A stretch of 64,000 nucleotides of DNA, from assembly GCA_977862235.1 (NCBI GenBank), contig OZ374557.1, positions 3,162,001-3,226,000 on the forward strand. The letters run 5' to 3'. Positions 49,649 through 61,705 of the stretch are shown one piece after another. The position numbers and the translations under genes were made by a program. Source of the stretch: Dudresnaya verticillata. Its lineage: Eukaryota. The notes under the pieces were generated by a model that saw nothing but the letters and a program-made list of their open reading frames with translations, did not search any database and was not told the DNA's origin. Within the stretch, counting starts at the first letter, position 1. Each line of letters begins with the position of its first letter.

Positions 49649-51483
49649 ATGACTGATACCGAAGCCGAGATGGATACTTCGAGCGGGGTCAAGATACCCC
49701 GTTTCCACGGCAGGAGAGGTGACGACTACAGTCTCTGGCGTCATCGCCTTCGTGCCGCATGCCGCATCAAAGGGGTTTGGAATGTTGTCCACACCTCAAA
49801 CGACACACCGAGCAGCTCACAGTCAACTGGAGAGGCCTCAGCGGATACTTCCATTCTTCACGCCAGAACCTTGGCCAAACGTGAGAAGGCTTGCGGGATC
49901 ATTATCTCCGCACTTGGTGATGCTCCGCTTCGTGTCGTTATGGAGGTTGATGATGACCCCAAACGCATGCTGGAGCTATTGGACTCGCGCTATGCGTCCA
50001 GTCGAACCGTATCCCGTATCGCCGTACAGACCAAGCTATTCCGTATGACGTACACCGGTCAGAATATGTCCAACTATGTCGACCAGTACACGTCACTGTT
50101 CGCCCAACTCGACCGCATGGGCAACGACTCGGCGATACCGGAGACACATAAGGCACCTATGCTGCTTGCTTCCATTGATCCGTCCTGCCACCTGGAGTCA
50201 ACAGCTGCAGCTCTTCGCACGAAAGATGCTGCTGAGCTGACTTGGGACTACGTCGCAACCACGCTGATCGATGAGTACAACGCCAAAGATTCTCATGGAT
50301 CAAACGCAGGTGGGAGATCCAGTAAGTCGAAGAGTCGTCGGAAGAAGAAAAAGAAGTCCGCGTCGTCAGGTTCTCGCCAGCAACACAACCCGCTGGATGA
50401 CAACGACGACTCCGATGACTCTTCTGATATTGAATCCACCGTCCGTGCGTTGGCGGTTGCACTCAAGTCCGCCAAGCAGGCTCACTCCAGCCCGAACCGG
50501 CACCTTCACTGTGATGTTTGCGACAGGGATGGACACACCGCGGATCGATGCTATCTAAATCCGGAAAATCCTAACAACAAGCTTCCTCCAAAGGTGCGAC
50601 AGATGTTCACCAACCAGGGCAAAAAGGGCAACGCCAACTCGGCGGTAGCTGCATCTGGTAAGAATAATGGTAAATCTGCAAAGGTAGAAATCGCCGGTGC
50701 ATCGGTTGAGATGACTACTGTTGTTCCTCCGAACGACCAAGGAACGTATGCCGACAGTGGAGCAACTGTGCATTGCTTCCACTCAATGACTTCTTTTGTA
50801 CCGAGCTCAGTATCGCGCTGCGAAAAGCGTACTGTAGTGCTTGCGGACAAGTCGTCTGTCACCTCAGACCTATGTGGAGATGTGATTCTGCCGTTTGAGC
50901 ATGCCAATATTCGGCTCAAGAAGGCCCTCTTCATCCCGCAGATGGGATACAATCTTGTCTCTACTGGGCGTTTGGCAGATAAAGGAATTGAATCCCACTT
51001 TCGCCGCTTGGACGTGCGCTTGGTACTCGACTCTAATGGGTATTATATTGGATCCGGTGTTCGCGATGCGAGTTCTGGAATGTACATGCTACCAGAACCC
51101 GAGCTGCACACTTCGGAGGAGCAAGTACTGGCTGTCCCCAGCACGCAGCAAACTACTGAGCTCTGGCATCGACGTCTTGCCCACATTAATTTTCGGGACT
51201 TGGCCAAAGTGCACGAGCATGTTGAGGGTGTTCCGGAGTTGGGCTCCACTCATGAAGTGTGTCGGGCTTGTAGACTTGGGAAAGCACACAAACAATCATT
51301 CCCAGGGCACTTCCGCCCGGCCAAAGCTGTCGGTGATCTCGTGCATTCCGACATTGTGGGTCCAATCCAGATCTCCTTTCCCGATCGTTTCCGGTATGCC
51401 ACGACGTTTCTGGATGACAAATCCCGTTTCTTGGTCGTCGCATGTATGAGAAGTCGCCGTATGTTGAGTGCAGCCTTTGATCA
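49649..51483 (+). CDS. gag-pol: Copia gag, protease and integrase N-terminus (interrupted)
   Basis: Zinc knuckle CDVCDRDGHTADRC, protease YADSGAT, integrase HHCC (WHRRLAH...CRAC), VHSDIVGP. Confidence 0.93.
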
Positions 51484-52516
51484 TGTTGAGGACATGGTCG
51501 CTGGCGCCTCACGTCACGGGTCAGGCACCCCAGATGGCACCCTGGCACGCTGTCACCAAACCTTCCGGAGACGACAGCCCTTTTTCCGGGCTTCCAAAAT
51601 CACGGCGCATTTAGGCCTTTTGCAAAAGCAACGTGAAACGGGCTTCTGATTGGTTGTTACAAACCGCCTCCATGGTCTATATGGCTTACAAGTGTTGTGC
51701 TGAAATTGGCGGTTATAACAGGAACGGCCAAGTGGAACGATCTGATTGGACCACATGGATGCACGTGGTATGGCATGGAATGGTACTGGTATGACGCGCA
51801 CTGTACTCCACAAGTACACATGAACGTGCCATGCAATGTGCTGATGGCGTCCGAGTTGGTACTGCAGGGACTTGCGCTACGTGGAGCCTGACTTGTGATA
51901 TCAGCAGATGCAGTTGTTGTGCGGCCGACACGTTGGTTTACAGTTGGCACGTAGCTGTCGTGCGGCCGACACGTTGGTTTACAGTTATCACGTAGCTGTC
52001 GTGCGGCCGATACGTTGGTTTACAGCTGCCACGTAGGCAAATCTGGGTGATTACGTGGTCAATGATCCAAGTTGGATATTCATGGACGGACTTGAGCTGG
52101 TAAGTGCGGCCACGTGGTGTGCAGTGTTGTCCGACAGCAGCCATGCGGGGACACTCGATACTTTCACGTTCCCGCCCAAAGTTGGAGTACATATGGATGG
52201 CAGGAAATGCGGTCGCAAGAGGGATTGCTGATGTCAGCAGTTAGCAACACTGGTGTGCAAGTTCCCGCCCATTTTGGTGGCGGATGTGAGTGTGCTGAGA
52301 GCATGATTTGGTAGATTTAATTGCTTTACTTTTTCCCGCCCATTTGATGATAGGGATTTTCGGCGTTTCTTCAATGATTTGTTTTGTTTGTGTTCACGCA
52401 GCAACTCATCCGAAAAGCTGATATAAGCCATGTCGGATGGTCGACTGCAGTAAACGAAGTCAAGCGACTTCCATTTCTCATCTTGTTCAACTTCAACCTC
52501 TCCATATTCCTTTTCA
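51484..52516 (+). mobile_element. Copia solo LTR inside its own family's integrase, TSD GATCA
   Basis: GATCA at 51479-51483 and 52517-52521. Confidence 0.95.
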
Positions 52517-52521
52517 GATCA

Positions 52522-55009
52522 AGCTTCAGCAAAGTTTATCGAGCTTGGAGGAGCAGAAATAACAAAACTCCACTCAGACGGGGCTCAGGAGTATTTGGCT
52601 TTGCAGAAAGATTTGGGAGGAGTTGGAGACAGTGGCAAATCCTTCTCCCCACCTTATACTCCGGAGCTCAATGGAATCGCGGAAAGGGTGAACCGAACCA
52701 TGGTGGAAGCTGCCCTGACTTTGCTGATCCAGGCTGATCTACCGGGATGTTTGTGGCCGTTTGCACTGAAGCATGTCAACTACGTGCGCAATCGGGTACC
52801 ACACTCAACCGTTGGGGCTACGCCATACTCGGTCATGACAGGTGATGTTCCTGATTTAAAACATTTAAGAGTGTTTGGATGTGCTGCATATGTCCTAAGG
52901 CTCCCACGCGGATCCAAGTTCGAGTCTCGTGCACTTGAGGGGGTGCACTTGGAGACTCTAGAGCATGGGATCTACAGGATATTGGTCACTGGCGGTGACG
53001 GTATACCTCGTGTGGTTGAGTCGCGGCATGTCACATTCGACGAGTCCAAATTCCCGGGTGCTCCAAGCCTGTTGGAATATGGGCAGGACGAGGCAGATTC
53101 GGATGAAAATTACGAGTCTAACTCAGAGGCCTCTATTTTCAACTCGGACTCTGATGACGATGTGTCGCTGGGTAACTTTGAGGATGAAGAGGATGCAATT
53201 GAAGTTGACACACCTTCTTCACCTCCACTACCTCCATCAGAACCCAGCTCATTCGAATCTGATGACACGGCTGAGGAAGAAGACGTCTCTGACAGTCCTC
53301 CGGCTGGTGTGAGTTCAGATCCAGAACGCCAGCAACAGAGTCGATATCCTCGTCGCCAACGTCGCCAGACGTCGAAATGGTTTATGGCAAGCTCTGCACA
53401 AGCTGAACAACAGGTTTCCCTCACAACGGGAGATGAGCCCACTCTTCGAGAGGCCATGTCTGCCACTCCGGAGGAGCGCGAGTTGTGGCAATCTGCCATT
53501 GATGATGAGTTCGCATCCTTGAAATCCAAAGGCACTTGGGTCCGTGATGACAATCCCGATGCACAGCCGCTTCCAACGCACGCCGTGCTGAAAGTTAAAC
53601 GCAAGTCCGACGGGACGGTCGAGCGCTTCAAAGCGCGGGTCGTCGCTGGTGGAAACTTCCAGACGTATGGTGAAGACTACATGGAAACATACGCCCCAGT
53701 TGTGTCGTTCTCGCTGGTGCGCATGTTCCTATACTTGGTACTGTGTTTGAACCTGTTTGTTGCACAGCTAGACGTGAAGACGGCTTTCCTGAATGGTGAT
53801 CTGGCAGAACACGTGTGGGTAATGTCACCGCGTGGGATTCCTGGAAGGGAATCTCTCTGTTACAAACTTCTGAAGGCTATGTATGGGCTAAAACAGGCTC
53901 ACCTAGCTTGGCACACCAAGCTGTGTGGTGACCTTGCTAGGATGATGTTTGAGGAATTGCCAAGTGCACCTTGCGTGTTTCGTCGCAAATCCAAGTCTTC
54001 TGGATACGCATACATCTTGGTGTACGTTGATGACTTGCTCATCCTCGCACCCACAAAGGCGGAGAGAGACGCCATTGTTAAGGAACTGCAGGGCCTCTAC
54101 GATCTACGGCTGTCTGAAGGGGTTGACCTCTTCCTCGGAGTCGAGCTTGGATGGAAGCTAGACTCTGATGGCAGATTTGTGTCCCTCAAGATGACTCAAC
54201 AGGTCTACACGGAAAGTGTTCTTCGTCGATTTGGACTTCAGAACTCTAAGCCGGCTTGTACGCCGATGGCTGAGTCTTTCTTCACTGGACTTGCCGCCGA
54301 AGAGGACAAGGCCGTCGTGTCGGTTGAGACGTACCAGCAGATGATCGGGTCACTTCTGTACTTGGGGCTTCGCACAAGGCTGGACATTTTGGCCTCTGTG
54401 CTTATCCTCGCACGGTTCCAGAAGGCTCCAACTGCGTACTGTCACCGTGGTGTAAAGAGGGTTCTGCGATATCTTCGAGGCACTCACAAGCATGGAGTTA
54501 CGTACCAGTCCGGAACCACTCGTATCCAAGCTTATGTGGACGCTGACTATGCCGGTGACACCACAGACCGAAAATCTATGTCTGGTTACATGGTGAAACT
54601 GGGAGATGCAGTGTGTATTTGGGGATCCAAGAAGCAGTCAACTGTTGCTCTCTCAACTTGCGAGTCGGAGTACTATGCAATGACTCTGGCTGCGAAAGAG
54701 ACGGTTTGGGTCACGCGAGTGCTGAAGGAGGCCGACTTGAACGTCGAAGGCCCGGTTCCATTGAGATCAGACAACCAGTCTGCCATCAATTGGGCTACTG
54801 GAGAACGCTGTCCGTCTGGTCGTGCCAAGCACATCGACGTTCGTGTACACTTCATTCGCGAACTTGTCGCCGACTCTGTTCTGGAAGTGGTGTATGTGCC
54901 GTCAGAAGACAACGACGCGGACTTGCTGACAAAGCCACTCGGGCCCACTCTGCTCAATAGGATTCTACCAAGGGTTGGACTTGGAGGAGCCATCGAGGAG
55001 GAGTGTTGA
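52522..55009 (+). CDS. pol: Copia integrase core, RT and RNase H (open frame)
   Basis: HSDGAQEY, PELNGIAER, RFKARVVAGG, LDVKTAFLNG, YGLKQA, YVDD, DADYAG, STCESEY, SDNQSA, ADLLTK. Confidence 0.95.
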
Positions 55010-55995
55010 GGACATGGTCGCTGGCACCTCACGTCACGGGTCAGGTACCCCAGATGGTACCCTGGCACGCTTTCGCCAAACCTTCCGGAGACGACAGCCC
55101 TTTTTCCGGGCTTCCAAAATCACGGCGCATTTAGGCCTTTTGCAAAAGCAACGTGAAACGGGCTTCTGATTGGTTGTTACAAACCGCCTCCATGGTCTAT
55201 ATGGCTTACCAGTGTTGTGCTGGAATTGGCGGTTATAACAGGAACGGCCAAGTGGAACGATCTGATTGGACCACATGGATGCACGTGGTATGGCATGGAA
55301 TGGTACTGGTATGACTCGCAGTGTACTCCACAAGTACACATGAACGTGCCATGCAATGTGCTGATGGCGTCTGAGTTGGTACTGCAGGGACTTGCGCTAC
55401 GTGGAGCCTGGCTTGTGATATCAGCAGATGCAGTTGTCGTGCGGCCGACACGTTGGTTTACAGTTGCCACGTAGGTGTCGTGCGGCCGACACGTTGGTTT
55501 ACAGCTGCCACGTAGGCAAATCTGGGTGATTACGTGGTCAATGATCCAAGTTGGATATTCATGGACGGACTTCAGCTCGTAAGTGCGGCCACGTGGTATG
55601 CAGTGTTGTCCGACAGCAGCCATGCGGGGACACTCGATACTTTCGAGTTCCCGCCCAAAGTTGGAGTACATATGGATGGCAGGAAATGCGGTCGCAAGAG
55701 GGATTGCTGATGTCAGCAGCTAGCAACACTGGTGTGCAAGTTCCCGCCCATTTTGGTGGCGGATGTGAGTGTGCTGAGAGTATGATTTGGTAGATTCAAT
55801 TGCTTTACTTTTTCCCGCCCATTTGATGATAGGGATTTTGGGCGTTTCTTTAATGATTTGTTTTGTTTGTGTTCACGCAGCAACTCATCCGAAAAGCTGA
55901 TATAAGCCATGTCGGATGGTCGACTGCAGTAAACGAAGTCAAGCGACTTCCATTTCTCATCTTGTTCAACTTCAACCTCTCCATATTCCTTTTCA

Positions 55996-58900
55996 GATCA
56001 AGCTTCAGCAAAGTTTATCGAGCTTGGAGGAGCAGAAATAACAAAACTCCACTCAGACGGGGCTCAGGAGTATTTGGCTTTGCAGAAAGATTTGGGAGGA
56101 GTTGGAGACAGTGGCAAATCCTTCTCCCCACCTTATACTCCGGAGCTCAATGGAATCGCGGAAAGGGTGAACCGAACCATGGTGGAAGCTGCCCTGACTT
56201 TGCTGATCCAGGCTGATCTACCGGGATGTTTGTGGCCGTTTGCACTGAAGCATGTCAACTACGTGCGCAATCGGGTACCACACTCAACCGTTGGGGCTAC
56301 GCCATACTCGGTCATGACAGGTGATGTTCCTGATTTAAAACATTTAAGAGTGTTTGGATGTGCTGCATATGTCCTAAGGCTCCCACGCGGATCCAAGTTC
56401 GAGTCTCGTGCACTTGAGGGGGTGCACTTGGAGACTCTAGAGCATGGGATCTACAGGATATTGGTCACTGGCGGTGACGGTATACCTCGTGTGGTTGAGT
56501 CGCGGCATGTCACATTCGACGAGTCCAAATTCCCGGGTGCTCCAAGCCTGTTGGAATATGGGCAGGACGAGGCAGATTCGGATGAAAATTACGAGTCTAA
56601 CTCAGAGGCCTCTATTTTCAACTCGGACTCTGATGACGATGTGTCGCTGGGTAACTTTGAGGATGAAGAGGATGCAATTGAAGTTGACACACCTTCTTCA
56701 CCTCCACTACCTCCATCAGAACCCAGCTCATTCGAATCTGATGACACGGCTGAGGAAGAAGACGTCTCTGACAGTCCTCCGGCTGGTGTGAGTTCAGATC
56801 CAGAACGCCAGCAACAGAGTCGATATCCTCGTCGCCAACGTCGCCAGACGTCGAAATGGTTTATGGCAAGCTCTGCACAAGCTGAACAACAGGTTTCCCT
56901 CACAACGGGAGATGAGCCCACTCTTCGAGAGGCCATGTCTGCCACTCCGGAGGAGCGCGAGTTGTGGCAATCTGCCATTGATGATGAGTTCGCATCCTTG
57001 AAATCCAAAGGCACTTGGGTCCGTGATGACAATCCCGATGCACAGCCGCTTCCAACGCACGCCGTGCTGAAAGTTAAACGCAAGTCCGACGGGACGGTCG
57101 AGCGCTTCAAAGCGCGGGTCGTCGCTGGTGGAAACTTCCAGACGTATGGTGAAGACTACATGGAAACATACGCCCCAGTTGTGTCGTTCTCGCTGGTGCG
57201 CATGTTCCTATACTTGGTACTGTGTTTGAACCTGTTTGTTGCACAGCTAGACGTGAAGACGGCTTTCCTGAATGGTGATCTGGCAGAACACGTGTGGGTA
57301 ATGTCACCGCGTGGGATTCCTGGAAGGGAATCTCTCTGTTACAAACTTCTGAAGGCTATGTATGGGCTAAAACAGGCTCACCTAGCTTGGCACACCAAGC
57401 TGTGTGGTGACCTTGCTAGGATGATGTTTGAGGAATTGCCAAGTGCACCTTGCGTGTTTCGTCGCAAATCCAAGTCTTCTGGATACGCATACATCTTGGT
57501 GTACGTTGATGACTTGCTCATCCTCGCACCCACAAAGGCGGAGAGAGACGCCATTGTTAAGGAACTGCAGGGCCTCTACGATCTACGGCTGTCTGAAGGG
57601 GTTGACCTCTTCCTCGGAGTCGAGCTTGGATGGAAGCTAGACTCTGATGGCAGATTTGTGTCCCTCAAGATGACTCAACAGGTCTACACGGAAAGTGTTC
57701 TTCGTCGATTTGGACTTCAGAACTCTAAGCCGGCTTGTACGCCGATGGCTGAGTCTTTCTTCACTGGACTTGCCGCCGAAGAGGACAAGGCCGTCGTGTC
57801 GGTTGAGACGTACCAGCAGATGATCGGGTCACTTCTGTACTTGGGGCTTCGCACAAGGCTGGACATTTTGGCCTCTGTGCTTATCCTCGCACGGTTCCAG
57901 AAGGCTCCAACTGCGTACTGTCACCGTGGTGTAAAGAGGGTTCTGCGATATCTTCGAGGCACTCACAAGCATGGAGTTACGTACCAGTCCGGAACCACTC
58001 GTATCCAAGCTTATGTGGACGCTGACTATGCCGGTGACACCACAGACCGAAAATCTATGTCTGGTTACATGGTGAAACTGGGAGATGCAGTGTGTATTTG
58101 GGGATCCAAGAAGCAGTCAACTGTTGCTCTCTCAACTTGCGAGTCGGAGTACTATGCAATGACTCTGGCTGCGAAAGAGACGGTTTGGGTCACGCGAGTG
58201 CTGAAGGAGGCCGACTTGAACGTCGAAGGCCCGGTTCCATTGAGATCAGACAACCAGTCTGCCATCAATTGGGCTACTGGAGAACGCTGTCCGTCTGGTC
58301 GTGCCAAGCACATCGACGTTCGTGTACACTTCATTCGCGAACTTGTCGCCGACTCTGTTCTGGAAGTGGTGTATGTGCCGTCAGAAGACAACGACGCGGA
58401 CTTGCTGACAAAGCCACTCGGGCCCACTCTGCTCAATAGGATTCTACCAAGGGTTGGACTTGGAGGAGCCATCGAGGAGGAGTGTTGAGGACATGGTCGC
58501 TGGCACCTCACGTCACGGGTCAGGTACCCCAGATGGTACCCTGGCACGCTTTCGCCAAACCTTCCGGAGACGACAGCCCTTTTTCCGGGCTTCCAAAATC
58601 ACGGCGCATTTAGGCCTTTTGCAAAAGCAACGTGAAACGGGCTTCTGATTGGTTGTTACAAACCGCCTCCATGGTCTATATGGCTTACCAGTGTTGTGCT
58701 GGAATTGGCGGTTATAACAGGAACGGCCAAGTGGAACGATCTGATTGGACCACATGGATGCACGTGGTATGGCATGGAATGGTACTGGTATGACTCGCAG
58801 TGTACTCCACAAGTACACATGAACGTGCCATGCAATGTGCTGATGGCGTCTGAGTTGGTACTGCAGGGACTTGCGCTACGTGGAGCCTGGCTTGTGATAT

Positions 58901-59474
58901 CAGCAGATGCAGTTGTCGTGCGGCCGACACGTTGGTTTACAGTTGCCACGTAGGTGTCGTGCGGCCGACACGTTGGTTTACAGCTGCCACGTAGGCAAAT
59001 CTGGGTGATTACGTGGTCAATGATCCAAGTTGGATATTCATGGACGGACTTCAGCTCGTAAGTGCGGCCACGTGGTATGCAGTGTTGTCCGACAGCAGCC
59101 ATGCGGGGACACTCGATACTTTCGAGTTCCCGCCCAAAGTTGGAGTACATATGGATGGCAGGAAATGCGGTCGCAAGAGGGATTGCTGATGTCAGCAGCT
59201 AGCAACACTGGTGTGCAAGTTCCCGCCCATTTTGGTGGCGGATGTGAGTGTGCTGAGAGTATGATTTGGTAGATTCAATTGCTTTACTTTTTCCCGCCCA
59301 TTTGATGATAGGGATTTTGGGCGTTTCTTTAATGATTTGTTTTGTTTGTGTTCACGCAGCAACTCATCCGAAAAGCTGATATAAGCCATGTCGGATGGTC
59401 GACTGCAGTAAACGAAGTCAAGCGACTTCCATTTCTCATCTTGTTCAACTCCAACCTCTCCATATTCCTTTTCA
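55996..59474 (+). repeat. 3479-bp tandem duplicate of 52517-55995 (pol 3' half plus LTR)
   Basis: Same 804-aa ORF at 56074-58488. Starts with the same GATCA junction. Confidence 0.95.
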
Positions 59475-60547
59475 ACAGTAGTCATCTCAACCGATGCACC
59501 GGCGATTTCTACCTTTGCAGATTTACCATTATTCTTACCAGATGCAGCTACCGCCGAGTTGGCGTTGCCCTTTTTGCCCTGGTTGGTGAACATCTGTCGC
59601 ACCTTTGGAGGAAGCTTGTTGTTAGGATTTTCCGGATTTAGATAGCATCGATCCGCGGTGTGTCCATCCTTGTCGCAAACATCACAGTGAAGGTGCCGGT
59701 TCAGGGTGGAGTGAGCCTGCTTGGCGGACTTGAGTGCAACCGCCAACGCACGGACGGTGGATTCAATATCAGAAGAGTCATCGGAGTCGTCGTTGTCATC
59801 CAGCGTGTTGTGTTGCTGTCGAGAACCTGACGACGCGGACTTCTTTTTCTTCTTCCGACGACTCTTCGACTTACTGGATCTCCCACCTGCGTTTGATCCA
59901 TGATAATCTTTGGCGTTGTACTCATCGATCAGCGTGGTTGCGACGTAGTCCCAAGTCAGCTCAGCAGCATCTTTGGTGCGAAGAGCTGCAGCTGTTGACT
60001 CCAGGTGGCAGGACGGATCAATGGAGGCAAGCAGCATAGGTGCCTTATGTGTCTCCGGTATCGCCGAGTCGTTGCCCATGCGGTCGAGTTGGGCGAACAG
60101 TGACGTGTACTGGTCGACATAGTTGGACATATTCTGACCGGTGTACGTCATACGGAATAGCTTGGTCTGTACGGCGATACGGGATACGGTTCGACTGGAC
60201 GCATAGCGCGAGTCCAATAGCTCCAGCATGCGTTTGGGGTCATCATCAACCTCCATAACGACACGAAGCGGAGCATCACCAAGTGCGGAGATAATGATCC
60301 CGCAAGCCTTCTCACGTTTGGCCAAGGTTCTGGCGTGAAGAATGGAAGTATCCGCTGAGGCCTCTCCAGTTGACTGTGAGCTGCTCGGTGTGTCGTTTGA
60401 GGTGTGGACAACATTCCAAACCCCTTTGATGCGGCATGCGGCACGAAGGCGATGACGCCAGAGACTGTGATAAGGAATATGGAGAGGTTGGAGTTGAACA
60501 AGATGAGAAATGGAAGTCGCTTGACTTCGTTTACTGCAGTCGACCAT
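59192..60547 (-). CDS. Chimeric LTR-gag-LTR ORF, 451 aa
   Basis: ATG in LTR U5 is in frame with gag from about codon 28 through the zinc knuckle to EMTTV, then reads into the antisense of the D 3' LTR. Expression unknown. Confidence 0.4.
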   Translation of the reverse strand: MVDCSKRSQATSISHLVQLQPLHIPYHSLWRHRLRAACRIKGVWNVVHTSNDTPSSSQSTGEASADTSILHARTLAKREKACGIIISALGDAPLRVVMEVDDDPKRMLELLDSRYASSRTVSRIAVQTKLFRMTYTGQNMSNYVDQYTSLFAQLDRMGNDSAIPETHKAPMLLASIDPSCHLESTAAALRTKDAAELTWDYVATTLIDEYNAKDYHGSNAGGRSSKSKSRRKKKKKSASSGSRQQHNTLDDNDDSDDSSDIESTVRALAVALKSAKQAHSTLNRHLHCDVCDKDGHTADRCYLNPENPNNKLPPKVRQMFTNQGKKGNANSAVAASGKNNGKSAKVEIAGASVEMTTVEKEYGEVGVEQDEKWKSLDFVYCSRPSDMAYISFSDELLREHKQNKSLKKRPKSLSSNGREKVKQLNLPNHTLSTLTSATKMGGNLHTSVASC

Positions 60548-61705
60548 CCGACATGGCTTATATCAGCTTTTCGGATGAGTTGCTGCGTGAACACAAACAA
60601 AACAAATCATTAAAGAAACGCCCAAAATCCCTATCATCAAATGGGCGGGAAAAAGTAAAACAATTAAATCTACCAAATCATACTCTCAGCACACTCACAT
60701 CCGCCACCAAAATGGGCGGGAACTTGCACACCAGTGTTGCTAACTGCTGACATCAGCAATCCCTCTTGCGACCGCATTTCCTGCCATCCATATGTACTCC
60801 AACTTTGGGCGGGAACTCGAAAGTATCGAGTGTCCCCGCATGACTGCTGTCGGACAACACTGCATACCACGTGGCCGCACTTACGAGCTGAAGTCCGTCC
60901 ATGAATATCCAACTTGGATCATTGACCACGTAATCACCCAGATTTGCCTACGTGGCAGCTGTAAACCAACGTGTCGGCCGCACGACAGCTACGTGATAAC
61001 TGTAAACCAACGTGTCGGCCGCACGACAGCTGCATCTGTTGATATCACAAGCCAGGCTCCACGTAGCGCAAGTCCCTGCAGTACCAACTCAGACGCCATC
61101 AGCACATTGCATGGCACGTTCATATGTACTTGTGGAGTACAGTGCGCGTCATACCAGTACCATTCCATGCCATACCACGTGCATCCATGTGGTCCAATCA
61201 GATCGTTCCACTTGGCCGTTCCTGTTATAACCGCCAATTCCAGCACAACACTTGTAAGCCATATAGACCATGGAGGCGGTTTGTAACAACCAATCAGAAG
61301 CCCGTTTCACGTTGCTTTTGCAAAAGGCCTAAATGCGCCGTGATTTTGGAAGCCCGGAAAAAGGGCTGTCGTCTCCGGAAGGTTTGGTGAAAGCGTGCCA
61401 GGGTACCATCTGGGGTACCTGACCCGTGACGTGAGGCGCCAGCGACCATGTCCTCAACAGATTTTCTAATCGATGGCACCCAGATCTCGTGCTCTTCGTT
61501 GTACCGCGTCACGCCCCACGCAAACTGTCCGGGTGTCCTAACTCGTTCTCCTGGCGCGCTGTATGGCCGGCGTGGCCCCTCGTGGCGCGCCGAAACGCCT
61601 CTCTTGACTGAAATCACGGCGCGTGGACTGCGTATTGATCTTTTACAGTCTTTTCTTTGCACTCACCCGCTGGCCCCGTCCCGGGATGTCAAGCTCCCAC
61701 CCTCC

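Larger units (their letters stand above)
47721..59474 (+). mobile_element. Young Ty1/Copia element (copy D) with internal solo LTR and tandemly duplicated 3' half
   Basis: 5' LTR 47721-48712, PBS 48713-48726, PPT 54983-55003, LTRs at 55004-55995 and 58483-59474. Confidence 0.95.
46544..61459 (-). mobile_element. Outer Copia insertion (copy C), rearranged, TSD GATTT
   Basis: GATTT at 46539-46543 and 61460-61464. What remains: partial LTR 46544-47004, gag fragment 59475-60467 and LTR 60468-61459. Confidence 0.88.

Noticed and set aside
59475..60468. ACAGT/ACTGT as an inverted TSD around the gag fragment
   Set aside because: The two 5-mers are different native gag positions and the second overlaps the LTR terminal T. 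Treated as coincidence.
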